NCBI GenBank assembly: GCA_030390025.1
Contig: CM059432.1
Coordinates: 129,210,001-129,274,000, forward strand
From: Squalus acanthias
Taxonomy: Eukaryota
Length of the DNA stretch: 64,000 bases
Direction of reading: 5' to 3'
Shown here: in pieces, positions 1-12,890 of the stretch
How positions within the stretch are numbered: position 1 is the first letter of the stretch
Layout of the letters: every line of letters starts with the position of its first letter
The notes under the pieces: model-generated
Told to the model about the DNA's origin: nothing
The model's input: the letters and a program-made list of their open reading frames with translations, nothing else
Database searches by the model: none
Translations under genes and position numbers: made by a program

Positions 1-29
1 ATGAGGAAAAGTTTGCACAGGTAGAAATA

Positions 30-1241
30 AAGAAAATCTTGCATTTATATAGCGTCTTTCACAACCTCAGAATGTCCCAACGTGCTTCACAGCCAATAAA
101 GTACTTTTGAAGTGTAGTCACTGTTGTAATGAAGGAAACGCAGCAGCCAATTTGCGCACAGCAAGCTCCCACGAACAGCAACGTGATAATGACCAGATAA
201 TCTGTGTTTTAGTGCTGGTGGTTGAGAGAGATAAATATTGGGCCAGAAATTCGGGTCAGAGGCTTCCCGCGGGTGCAAGCATAGCAGGTGCACTTACATA
301 GCGCGCCTGCCGTTGTGCTCTGGGCCCCTGTGGAATTCCGATCCTGGGCCTCCTCCAGCTGCCGGCGCGCAGTGCTTGCGTATCCCAGGGGCGCAGTTAG
401 TTCGAAGCGTCCCCTGGGATCACGTGGGCCATGGGGAGCCAATCGGAGCAGGGAATCTCCATTCATAGATTTGACAGGAAGACCTGTCAAATCTATGAAT
501 AGAGATCGGCCCCAAAACCTAACTAAAACTTCAAATAAATTAAAAAAAAAATCACATTTTTAAAATAACTATAAATTACATAAAATAACTATTTTAAACA
601 ATAATTTAAATTTTTGAAAAAATTAATTACAGTTTTTAACGTGGCTAAAAATAAACTTACCTTTCTTTAAAGTATTTAAAAATAATAAACCTGTGGAAAA
701 AATGTTTTAATTTAACTTAATTCACCACTTACCTTGTTAAAAGCAGGCCTTGCGCCTGCTTTTTGCCCGCGCAGCTGCCAGGGACTTACCCTCACGGGGA
801 AACCTGTAAAAAAAAAAAGTGGAAGTTCGCTGTGTGCGCGCTGCCTCTCCGGCGCACGCGTTTGACCCTCGAACCCCTTCCTTCATGAGACCGGAAGTTC
901 CGGTTTCCCGTGCGTGCGCGAAACCGGCACTTCCGGTGGCCCTACGGCTGAGTACACAGCATGTACTCACCCGTGGGGACCCGAATTTCTGCCCCATTGG
1001 CTAGGACACCAGGGAGAACACCCCTGCTCTCCTTCGAATATTGCCATGGATTGTTTTACATCCACCTGAGAGGGCAGATAGGGCCACGGTTTAACCTCTC
1101 AACTGAAAGACAGCACCTCCGACAGTGCAGCACTCCCTCAGCACTGCACGTCAGCCTAGATTTTGTGTTCAAGTCTCTGGAGTGGGTCTTGATCCCACAA
1201 CCTTCTGACTCAGAGGCAGGAGTGCTACCCACTGAGCCATG
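30..1241 (-). mobile_element. tRNA-derived Deu-domain SINE (AmnSINE1/SacSINE1-like), split by a MITE at 240-995
   Basis: Same sequence as the copies at 20656-21107 and 63118-63587 (ttgcatttatatagcg tail; gccaatttgcgcacagcaagctccc core; tRNA-like head near 1180-1241). It reads through once the MITE is removed. Confidence 0.85.
240..995. mobile_element. Harbinger-type MITE, family A
   Basis: TIRs gggccagaaattcgggtc / gacccgaatttctgcccc match 17/18. 3-bp TSD ATT (237-239, 996-998). Internal hairpin attcatagatttgacagg..cctgtcaaatctatgaat. Confidence 0.9.
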
Positions 1242-1340
1242 ATGATACTTCTCTCTACTTGCAACTGATATTTTAGCAAAGATGATGCTCAGAGCGTGAC
1301 TTTATGTACAGGTGTAATAATAGTTTGCAGCCAGAAATAC

Positions 1341-1704
1341 CACAGTTGCTAACTCTGGCTGAATGTATTCCTGGAGTTTACATCGCATGACCCGCCCCCA
1401 CGCTCCTGCCATTGGTTGCCCAACACGTCCATCCTCGCAGTGCAACGCCTTCCCAGGCCAATTGAAAAGCAAAACGACTCTTCATTACCCAATTGGATGA
1501 TGCTTGGCTGTCAGTCAAACAGCCTTTTCCCCCCATCTCCCTTATTTTTATAACTAATAAACAAAAGTATTCAAAGAAAATGAAAGAGACACAATCTTTT
1601 TTAACGCTCCTATGATTTCCTCCAAGTTGCTCGCAGCAGTGTCCCGGAGATTAATCTTCAATTCCTGGAGGCTCCAGGCCAATCCTGGAGGGTTGGCAAC
1701 CCTT
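1341..1704. mobile_element. Old non-autonomous hAT-like DNA transposon
   Basis: Right end gttggcaaccctt and decayed left end cacagttgctaac. Flanks agaaatac/ggaaatgc match 6/8, a candidate 8-bp TSD. The 5' part is homologous to 63680 onward. Confidence 0.6.
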
Positions 1705-2548
1705 GGAAATGCCCATATACCGAGAGCTTTTTGATCAATCACTCAAAATGGTGTCACGTCACTCAGAAGCAGATGGGAGGGGCTTACTCCACATTACGCG
1801 TTCCCCGCGTCATTCGGGGAAGGCACGGATAGAAAGCAAGGAGTGTCCCGGGAAGGAAGGAAGGAAGGAAGGAGGGGAAATCTATGAGAGTGCTACCCTG
1901 GGCCACTTTCACATCGCCAGATAACAGAGCAGAACTGACAGAGCAGTGAAAGCAAGTCACCTGCTTAGCCTCTTGGTGCTGGGAATGGGAACATAAAGCA
2001 TGAAAGGAAAATAACTGAAAATCGATGCACAAATGTAAAAACACTAAAATCAATAAAATTCCATCTTCACAACCAGTGAATAATCACATTTGTAGCAAAG
2101 TTACTTCTGGTTAGTAACCACTCCGCTGTTTCACAGCTCTTACTAGCATTAGTCTTTCTAATGTTTTTCAGGAATAGCTCACCAGTGCAGCGTAGGTGAC
2201 TACACTCTTGTGTACAGGACCGTACACGTTGAAACATTTGATCTCAGAAATGAAAGCTGACTAAATCACTCCTGACTGACAAAGCAGCACTTCCGTTTTC
2301 TTTCCATTGTGTTAGATTCTCAGGTTTTAATTAATTTTCACAACTTGTTCTGGGCGTGGGAAAAGAGCGCTCCTTCCTAAGGGCTCAGAACATGGGGTGA
2401 GTCATGAGATACTGGTTATGCAAATGAGAGAGAATTGAAACTGAGCGTAGGTAAATGTGAGAACCAAAATGTATCGCCTCGAAGTTCCTTCTGTTATGGT
2501 TGCATTGGAGGATCATAGCAGTAAACTATTAACCTTGAATGACAAAAT

Positions 2549-2847
2549 AAAGAAAGACTTGCATTTATATAGCGCCTTTCACAACCTCAGGACATTCCAA
2601 AGCGCTTCATGGCCAACGAAGTACTTTTGAAGTGTAGTCACTGTTATAATGTAGGAAACGCGGCAGCCAATTTGCGCACAGCAAGCACCCACAAACAGCA
2701 ATGTGATAATGACCAGATAATCTGTTTTTTTGTTATGTTGATTCAGGGATAAATATTAGCCAGGACACCGGAGATAATTCCCCTGCTCTTCTTTGAAATA
2801 ATGCCGTCCACCTGAGAGTGCAGGCGGGGGCCTCGGTTTAACGTCTT
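2549..2847 (-). mobile_element. Deu-SINE, 5'-truncated
   Basis: aagaaagacttgcatttatatagcg tail plus Deu core. Confidence 0.85.
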
Positions 2848-2850
2848 ATA

Positions 2851-2942
2851 TAGGCCATTCAGCTCATCGTGTCTGTGCCGGCTCTTTTAAAGCGCTATCC
2901 AATTAGTCCCACTCCCCTGCTCTTTCCCCGTAGCCCTGCAAA
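2851..2942 (-). mobile_element. CR1 LINE 3' tail fragment
   Basis: ggccattcagc...ccaattagtcccactcccc matches the reverse complement of the CR1 tail at 8810-8900. Confidence 0.6.
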
Positions 2943-3372
2943 TATGACCTGCTAGTTTTTTAAATAATGACTGAACCTGAGGACTGAGCCCATTATTTCG
3001 CATTAAATATACTTTAGTAACCTGAGGGGCAATAATTAATCTTGTAACCCCTATTCTACAATCAAGAATTGTTTTATCACTTCACTGAACCAAATCTATT
3101 TTCGCCTGAATATGTTATTTTGCACATGCCTCTGCTGCATGATGACAGCAGGCAATAGTCACTGTTTTATTACTTTCAGCATCTCTTTCTGAAGACATCA
3201 ATTAATTCGAAACAGCAAGAACAATTTCCTTACCGAGACCTTATTCAGCTAATCTTACTTAGTACTTTGGCTCAAGGATATTTAAAAAAATCAAACTTGA
3301 CATTTACTATTGGTAGATGTGATGCACTTAATTAGAACTGAAGTTGGGAGAACAAAGATTTCAGGGAAAGAT

Positions 3373-3565
3373 TACATAGAATTTACAGCACAGAAACAGA
3401 CCATTCGGCCCAACCAGTCTGTTTATGCTCCATACAAGGTCCTCTCCCTCTATTTACTTCATCTAACCCTATCAGCATCCTTCTATTCCTTTTTCCCTGG
3501 TGTACTTATCTAGCTTCCCCTTAAAGGCATCTACGCTATTCACCTCAACCACTCTATGTGGTAGC
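3373..3565 (-). mobile_element. CR1 LINE 3' fragment
   Basis: Translates as VVEVNSVDAFKGKLDKY (CR1 ORF2 C-terminus), followed by the tail. Confidence 0.75.
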
Positions 3566-3977
3566 GTTAAGATTGTGATGATCAATTCATATACTAAAAT
3601 GGCAAGGGGTCCTGCAAGACACTTATGGCTTAATTTTCCATTTCCCACCACTATATGGTTTGTATTTATTTGATCTTGACACAATCATCCAATCCAACGG
3701 ATAGGTTCAGTATTCAGGAAGGTATGGTAGCTGTTCTAATGGGTCTATGTAACTGGTGGCCTAGGGAGGAACAGGGCTTCCTGCCAGTCCTTCATTCCTG
3801 ACGATCTAGGGCTATCCATTTGAGGATTGTGTTTCCCCTCTATGTTTCTGTGGCATCAGTTTCTCTGGAGCGTTTGGGGACTATCTGATTGAGATATCTT
3901 AGTGGTCCAGGGAAGTTCTTATTACCAAACCCCTTTTAATGCTGTGGAGTCTTGTTTTTTCAGATTTTGGAGTCAAT

Positions 3978-4720
3978 GGGCTGGATTTTGATACTGGGGC
4001 GGGTTGGGGTCGTGTCATCCGCATTTCGTGTTATCCACCCGACTGCAATTGGATGTGGGAGATTGATGCAATTTTCACCTAACTGGGCAATTGAGTTCCA
4101 GCATGTGGGAACCCATGAACCAATTAGTGTTTTCAGTCTGAAAGTCACCTCTGATGATGTCATCATTGCTGCTGCATTGAAGGTCTTCAGAGACTGCCTG
4201 GCCTTTGCTGTGAGTGGACCTGGATGCAAAATGAGCAGCAGCTCAGAGAGAGAGAGAAGAGAGAAAGAATTTTTTTTTTGCATCCAGGTCCTCTCACAGC
4301 AAAGGCCAGGCAGTCTCTGAAGACATTCAATGCAGCAGCATCAGAAGCGACTTTCAGACCTAATACTACTACTACCTTCATCACATCTCCGTTGTAATAG
4401 TGGACCTGCAGCTGATAGTCAGCTATCCACTTGTGCTCCCGCCAGGTTTCAGTGGCGTGTTTCACATCAGGCGTGCTTCACGTTGGAAAAGAGTTAAACT
4501 AGCTAAAACGTTTCAAAATGGCATTACAGAGCCAATTTAGGGCTTTAATGGCCTCTCCCGCCTCTTGGAGGCGGGACGGAGTCGGGAACACCGCACACGA
4601 TTTTATCAAAATTGCGTGGAGGCGGAATGGAGGCAGGATCAGGTCCGCCCGTCACTTTTCGCAATTTTAACCCCCCACACGCCTCCAAACCTGCCTCCAC
4701 GGCCCTATGAAATCCAGCCC
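3978..4720. mobile_element. Harbinger-type MITE, family C, with a long internal hairpin
   Basis: Perfect 11-bp TIR gggctggattt/aaatccagccc; TSD AAT. Confidence 0.9.
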
Positions 4721-4750
4721 AATCTATCTGAACTTTAGGAAGAAGACATT

Positions 4751-5595
4751 GGGCTGGATTTTGATACTGGGGTCGGGTTGGTGTCGTGAATCCCACTTTT
4801 TGGGTTGTAGACCCGCCTCCATCGAGATGTGGCCAACCCACTGTATTTTCCCTTGATTGACCTTGTTGAGCCCGCCCAGTGGGCTCAGCAGGCCAATTAA
4901 GGGCCACCCGGCAACAGGTGACATCACAGATTGACATTTCATCTATCAAGAGCTTTTGACAGATGAAATATCAGCGTTTGACAGCTCTGTGAAGCTGTCA
5001 AACACTGACAATATGATTTCTAACTTGAGTCCTTCCTCTCAAACTGAGTTAGAAATCATTCCAGCACAGAAAACAGAAGGCTGCAGTTTTTGACAGCACC
5101 ATGGCTTTTCTGCTTTCTGTGCCGGTGAGATTTCTGACTCCCGAGAACTGAAGGGCTGACACCTGCAGGAGGAAGTTAAGGTAAGTAAAACTTTTTCCCA
5201 CACTTTGCACTTACCTTACACACTTACCTCTGCACATATGCACCCATCACTCACCTGCCCACCGGACATATTGACCCCTCCAACCCCTGCAGACCCACGG
5301 CCCGCCCCGATAACTTGGCGTGGTTGGCACCTGTCGGGAAGCCCACATTTCAGCAATTAAAATAGGGATTAGGCAAAAAACTGCCTGTTAACTACCTGTT
5401 AACAGGCAGTTAATTGTCACTAATCCCTTCCCGCCTCGGGGAGTCGGGTCCCAGCACAGGTCGGGTACCCGCCGCCAGAGAAACTGGCATGGAGGCGGGT
5501 TGGAGGCGGGATGGGGTCGGGACCCCCGAATCTGCAACTTTAACCCCCCCACATGCCTCCAAACCCGACTCCACGGGTTAGTGAAAATCCAGCCC
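4751..5595. mobile_element. Harbinger-type MITE, family C (different internal sequence)
   Basis: Perfect 12-bp TIR gggctggatttt/aaaatccagccc; TSD ATT; ends homologous to 3978-4720. Confidence 0.9.
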
Positions 5596-6320
5596 ATTGA
5601 ATCTAAATTGATCAGAATGCTCATCCCCAATGCACATACATAAATTTGACAGATAAAGTACTATTTAGATTAAAGACAACTAAAAATACATGCAAGGCAC
5701 ATGGCTGTAAAAAGTTTGCAGAGAGAGAGAGAGAGAGATAAGTGTCTTACCTTGTAATCTTCAGCCTCACGTCGAGGGGAAATGTACTTTTAATGTAATT
5801 TTATAGGCCACCGCCAGCTACTTGAAGCTCCATTGGCCCTGTTCCAGTCACGAATCGATGACGCTCGATTACGCTGCTTCATTGCGCAGATTCATGGGAG
5901 ATTTTACCTTCGGGTTTAAGCTGATGAGTTTTTGCTGAAAATTGAGTGTAACTTCACATCGGCAATGTCCAGCACATTTTAGGCGCTTTTTTCCGATTGC
6001 ACCCATAGCGGAAGCTCCAGGCCATTCTACATTGTAATATTAGTGCTTTGTTTTAACACATACATTGGCCTGTGTTTCAATCTACTTGCTTTACCAGCTG
6101 ACAGTTCTGAGAATGTCACCATTTGTAACGTTTCCGACTATAAGGAGCTCTTTACCTCACTCTCCAGTGGGTTATAAAGTAGGAATGAAATCTCACGTAG
6201 GAGAGTGGCCTGTCAGAAACATCAGACAGCAATGTGTCATCGCCACAGATGTAATATGCCATTAAGTCGATGAAGGTGACAGGCACTATGGAGAGTTAAA
6301 AAACAAAAACAAAAATCAAT

Positions 6321-7024
6321 GGCCCGGATTTTACGGGGCCTATGGGCGCGTACGCACAGAGTACACGGTCGCAGGTGCCCCGCAAGTATCAGCTTTAGAT
6401 CATCCGCATGCGCAGGAAGTGGACATTCACGAGCTGAGAGTGGGCTATTTGCCCAACTACTGCCCAGCGAATGCCCACAAAACTCTTATGCCTGGTAAAA
6501 GCAGGCGTCGGGCCTTCTTTTACCCGCGTAACGGTTTAAATAAATATTAAAATAAATTTAAAAAAAACATTTAAACATTCAAAAATCTTTAAAAATTAGT
6601 TTAGGTTATTTTCAGCCCTTTTAAAAAAATGTTTACATTTATTTTTCAAAAAAATACATTTTTATTTTAAATGTTAAAATAAATTGTATTTTTATTAATT
6701 TTAAACGTGGTGGTTATTTTTATTTAGGTTGTGTGAAAGTGTGTTTTTTATGTCATTCCTAATATGATTATGGGAATTCTGTATGTAAATGGAATCCCCA
6801 TAAACATAATGGGAATCCCCCTTTCTGACTGGTCGGGCCGGCCCATGTGATCCCATAGGACGCTTGCGAGCCGCGTGCGCCCCGGGATACGTGGGCCTTT
6901 ACGCAGGCCTGCAGGCCCAGGACTGCAAGATTCCGAAGATACGGAGGCGCCAGGTCGGTGCGTAGTTTTCTTGCGGATCGGAGGCATTCGTCCACGGGAA
7001 GCCTCCGACCGCAATTTCAGGTCC
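6321..7024. mobile_element. Harbinger-type MITE related to family A (reverse orientation)
   Basis: Imperfect TIR ggcccggattttacgg/ccgcaatttcaggtcc; TSD AAT; GC-rich arms around an AT-rich core. Confidence 0.8.
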
Positions 7025-8459
7025 AATGTATTTTCCAGTCCTCATGTCGTACACCAGATTAATAACGGAGAAAGTCTTGCTTTTGCCTGACAATCACAAC
7101 AGAAGGCATTTTCAGCAGCGATTGTCAGGGGAATAGGACTGCATTCGTTGCTGGCTTGAATGTTCCTGTCTTATTGTCAAACAGGCATATCTCAAACAGT
7201 TTCTTTTATATCCAATTGAATTATATTTTAGCATCCCATCAATAACTTCAGCAGAGGCATCACATTTCAGGGCACAATTTATGAAGCCGGAGAAACTGAA
7301 ACACATGATGGGTGAACACAGAAGGATGAGAAGAGAAAAGAGCATGTTCCATACAGCAGTTTTCAAAACAACACATTGCCAACCCACCCACTATTGCTTC
7401 CCCCAACCCTTTCATACAATCATGGAATTTTATAGACTCAAGTTGCATTTTTGAGAAATCAGATTTACATTTCTAGTCCAGGACATTTTTTGAAATGCTG
7501 GCAAAATATGATTTAATATAGCTTTTCATGGTGGGTGGAATAAAACTATGAAAGCTGTAAGATTCTTAATTGTTACAACTCTTGATCAACCTGCTGTCCA
7601 TTTCTAACATTCCTTTCTTTTTTTTTTACATTCGATTGTATTTCAGAGCATTTGGTAGAGCACAGATCAACTTCTCCTTCCTTTCCTCCCCCACCCCCTG
7701 GATCTGCCATGTTGCATCACGTGATGGGGAAGGGAGGGGAAGGAATTAATGTGACAACCTGGCTCCACCAGCTTATTACACTGAAAGTGGGGCCCCTGCC
7801 TCAGTCACCATGATGTTCTACTGCTCTAGTGTTGTACAAGCAGAATGGAAAACATTTTCCCCCCCCGAAAACAGTTACATTTACTTGATCTTTAAAAAAT
7901 GCCATTTGATTTGACATTGATGATGGGAATACAGAAAACGATGCCTCAAGGTACTGTGTGAGGGGGGGGGCGGGGGCGACACCAATGACACATCAAAAAG
8001 TAGCGTGTGCTTTTAAAGTTGCTAATTTTTCCAATATTGTCACCACAAGAACAATTAAATGTGACATCATGGGAAGCAGGGCTCAGATTCCTTGAACTCA
8101 ATCTGCATTCATCTTTCTGAGTGCTAGATGGTAAATGGCAAAGCTAGCTTCTCTGCAAACTACACTTTGAAAATGAATGATGACAAAGCATCCCTTTGAT
8201 GTATAAAAGAGATATACTCTGACTTGTAGGAGCAGCACATTTGTAATAAACGTTTGGTATTGTCAAATGAAGTAACAGAACCCTTAAATTAAAAAAAAAA
8301 CTTTATTACAGACAAAAGATATTTATCCAGCATATTTTACACTTAACAAAAAATGCATTTCTATATAATAAATTACCTTATATATCAATTTAAGTGTCAG
8401 CTTGGCTTAGTGGCAGCAGTCTTGTTTCTGTGCTTCCAAGTCTCTCCCAGAACTTCAGG

Positions 8460-8905
8460 GTATGTGTTCAATTCTGGGCACCACATTTTGGGAAGGAGGT
8501 GAAGGCTTTGGAGAGGGTACAGAAGTGATTTACTAGAATGGTTCCAGGGATGAGGGAATTACAGTTACGTGGATAGACTGGAGAAGCTGGGGTTGTTCAC
8601 CTTAGAGCAGAGAAGGCTAAGAGGAGATTTGATAGAGGCGTTTAAAATCATGACGGGTTTAATTAGAGTAAATAAGGAGAAACTGTTTCCAGTGGTTAGG
8701 ATTTGGAATGCACTGCCTGATAGGGTGCTGGAAACAGATTCAATAGCAGCCTTCAAAAGGGAATTGGATAAATAGTTGAAGGAGAAAAAAATTGCAGGGA
8801 TATGGGGAAAGAACGGGGGAGTGGAACTAACTGGGTTGCTCTTTGAAAGAGCCGGTGCAGACTGGATGGGCTGAGTGGCCTCCTATTGTGCTGTACTGTT
8901 ATATG
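8460..8905 (+). mobile_element. CR1 LINE 3' fragment
   Basis: DRLEKLGLFTLEQRRLRGDLIEAFKIM...WNALP. Confidence 0.9.
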
Positions 8906-9070
8906 ATTTTTGTGATAATCTATGCTGACACTTAAGTGCAGTGCTCCATTGCTGCATTGTTGGAGGTGCTGACATTTCAGAGGAGTGCCGCATTGTTGGG
9001 TTTTAGAACTACCTGGCATCTTTCATTGTCATGATTTCTGGTGCTGTCCCACAGACGTACCAGATTTATT

Positions 9071-9816
9071 GGGTTCAATTTTAACTGAAGGTGGGGGGAG
9101 GCCGAATGGCCAGCACATCTGGGAGTCGTGAAAGAAGCTGTTAAAATTGGCTGGCCCTCATTTACATTTAAAAAAAACCCCATCTCCTGCCCAAAGACGA
9201 CAGGAATGACATCAGGGCTGGCGGGCAGGAGCGGGGATTGGAACGGGAGCCGGACGCCACCCAAGGGAACTGTCGGCGGCATAAGGTACGTGCTGGGGGG
9301 GGGTTGCCGAGCCGATACCAGTCGGGGGAGGGAGACGCAAGGCCGGGGCTGGGGAGATCCAAGAGCTCAATGCGGAGCCCGGCTGTGGGGTAGTGGTGGT
9401 GGAGGCGGTCGGGGGGGAAGGGAGGGGGAGGGTAGTGCGTTGCAACACTCCTGCTCATCCTGGCCCACAAGGACTCCACGTAAAAGTAACATTTATTAAC
9501 TTACCAATGGCCTCTTCTGGCCACTCCGCGACTCCCATCGTGGTTCGGCTGTCGGGGGTTGGCCTCGTGCAGGCCTCCCGAACGCTGAAGTTAAAAATGC
9601 CGTTGCAGCGCTAACGATGTCATCAATCCGTGACTTGTAGATTTAAATTAGGCCCCCGCCTGCCTGCAGGAGGAGCCGTGGCCGGCTTCAAAGTCGGTGA
9701 TGATAAAATGTCGCCGGGCGGGAAAGGTACGGCCTCGGTAAGTGGAATCAAATGATTTTTAACCCCTCCCACCATGCCATGCCCGCCAGGCAGGGGAGGG
9801 GGTTAAAATCGACCCC
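9071..9816. mobile_element. Harbinger-type MITE
   Basis: TIR gggttcaattttaac/gttaaaatcgacccc matches 13/15; TSD ATT. Confidence 0.85.
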
Positions 9817-10579
9817 ATTGAATTCAATTTCATAACTTGCCATGGAGGCGGATTATGAATTTACAATCTCTGGGTCGCTAGCCTGGTACCAGAGTCATCA
9901 CACCACTGCTCCCTATCTCTGCTTAAATATATTTACAATATAACATTATTCTCTGTATATACTGTTCATGTAACTCATGATTCCTGTTAACATTCATTTC
10001 ATTTGTATTTTCTTGGCCAGTCTCGTATATAAAAAGGACAACTTCTGTTGAATTTCTGGGCCTTGCTTTGTGGAGTGCATTAGTGTTTGGTGAGGTTGTT
10101 GATCCAGTGAGGTTTGACACCTGTGTGTTAACAGTTGGTTAATTGGATATTGTAACATCTTATTGTAACATTAAGGTACTGAGTGTACTGAGTGTAACAA
10201 TGCAAGGCACCTGGAGTAAGAGGAAAGGTTCTCTGTTTGTGACCAGGATATATCTTTACAGTGTCAGCTGTGGCTCAGTGGGTAGCACTCTCGCTTCTGC
10301 GTCATGAAGGTTGAGAGTTCAAGTCCCACTCCAGGGACTTGAGTACATAACACTAGGCTGATACTCCAGTGCAGTGCTGAGGGAGTGCTGCACTGTCGGA
10401 GGTGCCGTCTTTCGGATGAGACATTAAACCGAGGCCCCGTCTGCCCTCTCAGGTGGATGTAAAAGATACCATGGCACTATTTTGAAGAAGGAGTAGGGGA
10501 GTTATCCCCGGTGTCCTGGCCAATATTTATCCCTCAACCAACATAGCAAAAACAGATTATCTGGTCGTTATCACATTGC

Positions 10580-11051
10580 ATTCAGCCTCGGATCTGCGGG
10601 TAAGCGTTCTCCAGGGCGGCCTTCGGGATACACGACAGCGCAAAATCATAGAGCAGAAACTGATAGCCAAGTTCCGCACTCATGAGGATGGCCTCAATCG
10701 CGATATCGGGTTCATGTCACGATACAGAACGTGACTTGACATCATGGCCGGTCTTCCCAGGTGTTTTTTTTTAAAAAGACTAACACAAGAACCAACACAA
10801 ATTGACAGGATATGCAGCCAGCAGGTGGTTTGACACGTTGGACCCCCTGGGACACATCTCATTGTCTTGGCTGTGCTCTTAGTGTGTCTTTGATATAGGG
10901 AAAGATTTGAATACATTTTGTCTGTGTTTAAATTGTGAATTCTGGGAGATTCTCTCACTGCTAACTTACCTGAGGAAGGAGCGACAGCTCCGAAAGCTTG
11001 TAAAATTAAATAAATCTGTTGGACTATAACCTGGTGTTGTGCGACTTCTCA
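10580..11051 (+). mobile_element. Penelope-like retroelement 3' fragment (GIY-YIG C-terminus plus terminal repeat with hammerhead)
   Basis: Translates as SASDLRVSVLQGGLRDTRQRKIIEQKLIAKFRTHEDGLNRD. 7-bp TSD acattgc (10573-10579, 11052-11058). Confidence 0.85.
10966..11003 (+). ncRNA. Minimal type-I hammerhead ribozyme motif
   Basis: UUAC-CUGAGGA-A-GGAGC(GACA)GCUCC-GAAA-GC-UU-GUAA. Stem I UUAC/GUAA, 5-bp stem II, palindromic stem III (AAGCUU). Confidence 0.8.
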
Positions 11052-11739
11052 ACATTGCTGTTTGTGGGAGCTTGCTGTGCGCAAATTGGCTGCCGCATTT
11101 CCCACATTACAACAGTGACATCACTTCAAAAGTACTTCATTGGCTGTAAAGCACTTTGAGATGTCCAGTGGTCGTGAAAGGCGCTATATAAATGCAAGTC
11201 TTTCTTTCTTACTAATCTCCGCCATGCCTATGTAACCCAGATTCCTTCTGTGTCTATTCATGTGCACAGTTTGCCTGCCGATCTGCACCCATTATTACTA
11301 TCTTTTTTTTGTTGCTCGGTGCCTATCTTGGGCCCTTCTCTCCTGTCTTCTCCTCTCACTGCCACTCAGTCATGCTGGGGGCTAACCTCACCAACCTCCT
11401 TCCCATCCCGTTACCCCCACCCACCGCCACTACCCCCAGCGACTCTGCCAGCAGATCAATCACAGCTCCGTCCAGGATGTCCGTTCACTCATGCCCAAGG
11501 CCCTTGCCGTCCACAACATATTTATGGCTAATTGAATTGTCATCCTGGGGTCCATTTTTATCGAGGCAGTAATCTGATGGGGCAGATCGCCCGCCCTTTA
11601 TGGAGCCCATTTTCATTCCTTCCAACCCTACTTCCCCAAAACTCTCCCCCACATCATTTACAACTGCATTTCCAAACTCCCAACAGCTAGCCTTCGGCCT
11701 TCCATTCTCCATGATACTTCCGCAGCTGTTGATATGCTC

Positions 11740-12225
11740 AACCACTCCACCTTTGGTGCCCTTCTCCCAAGAAAAACCTTGACTTTCTCCCGCCCCCACC
11801 AGATTACTGCCCAGTTTGGAAGTGGAACATCTACCCCCCTAGCTTTGACTGAAACTTGGTTCACGGGTGACATCTTGACCATTACTGAAGTCTTCCCGTC
11901 TAGCTGTAATTTCTGCCACCTGCTTAGCCCAAAATGTTGTGGCGATGCTGTGGCCCTTATCACCAAGTCACACACCTTTGATTCTCCCCTCTTCTCCTCC
12001 TTTAAGCATCTCACCTTGCTCCATCCCTCTCACCTCTCCTTTAAAATCCTTGCTAGCTACCACAAATCCCTGTGTAAATCCCAACCTAAGTTTCCCGAGA
12101 TATCTTCCCGCCTTTCCTCCCTCAGCCTCTGCACTGAGCGATTCCACATCCTCGATAATTTCAATCTCCATCTCAGGTTCCCTTGCCCTCTCTCATCTGA
12201 ATTTACTGCCCTCCTCTGCTCTTTT
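11740..12225 (+). mobile_element. Degenerate L2-like LINE APE endonuclease region
   Basis: LALTETWF...GDAVALITK...ILDNFNLH motifs. Confidence 0.75.
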
Positions 12226-12519
12226 GTCACTGAATAAGAAAAATAATAAAGGGGTAAAGGAAAATGAGATCAGAGTGGATAGCTCCAGTTGCTGAGCTAG
12301 CAACAACAACAACAACTTGCATTTATATAGCGCCTTTAGCATGGTCAAATGTCCCAAGGTGCTTCACAGGAGCGATTATCAAACAAAATTTGACACCAAG
12401 CCACATAAGGAGATATTAGGACAGGTGACCAAAACCCTGGTCAAAGACGTTAAGAGAGAAGAAAAAAGAGAAATCGAAGTGATGAGCTCGAGTCTAGAGC
12501 AGCAGCCAAACACACATGC

Positions 12520-12890
12520 ACATAGAAGATAGGAGCAGGAGTAGGCCATTCGGCCCCTCCAGCCTGTTCCGCCATTTAATGAGATCATGGCTGATCATCC
12601 AAATTCAGTACCCTGTCCCTGCTTTCTCCCCATATCCCTTGATCCCTTTAGCTTTAAGAAATATATCTAACTCCTTCTTGAATATATTTAATGGATTGGC
12701 CTCAACTGCCTTCTGTGGTAGAGAATTCCACAGGTTCACCACTCTCTGGGTGAAGAAACTCCTCCTCATCTCAGTCCTAAATGGCTTACCCCTTATCCTT
12801 AGACTGTGACCCCTGGTTCTGGACTCCCCCGCCATCGGAAACATCCTTCTGCATCTAGTCTGTCTAGTCCTGTTAGAATTTTATAATTTT
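12520..12890 (-). mobile_element. CR1 LINE 3' fragment
   Basis: ESRTRGHSLRIRGKPFRTEMRRSFFTQRVVNLWNSLP. Confidence 0.9.

Larger units (their letters stand above)
10260..11210 (+). mobile_element. Full-length Deu-SINE, split by a Penelope insertion
   Basis: A box tggctcagtggg, B box gttcaagtcc, Deu core and tail ctatataaatgcaagtctttc. Confidence 0.9.

Noticed and set aside
10260..10335. tRNA gene
   Set aside because: The A/B boxes belong to the SINE head and continue into the SINE body.
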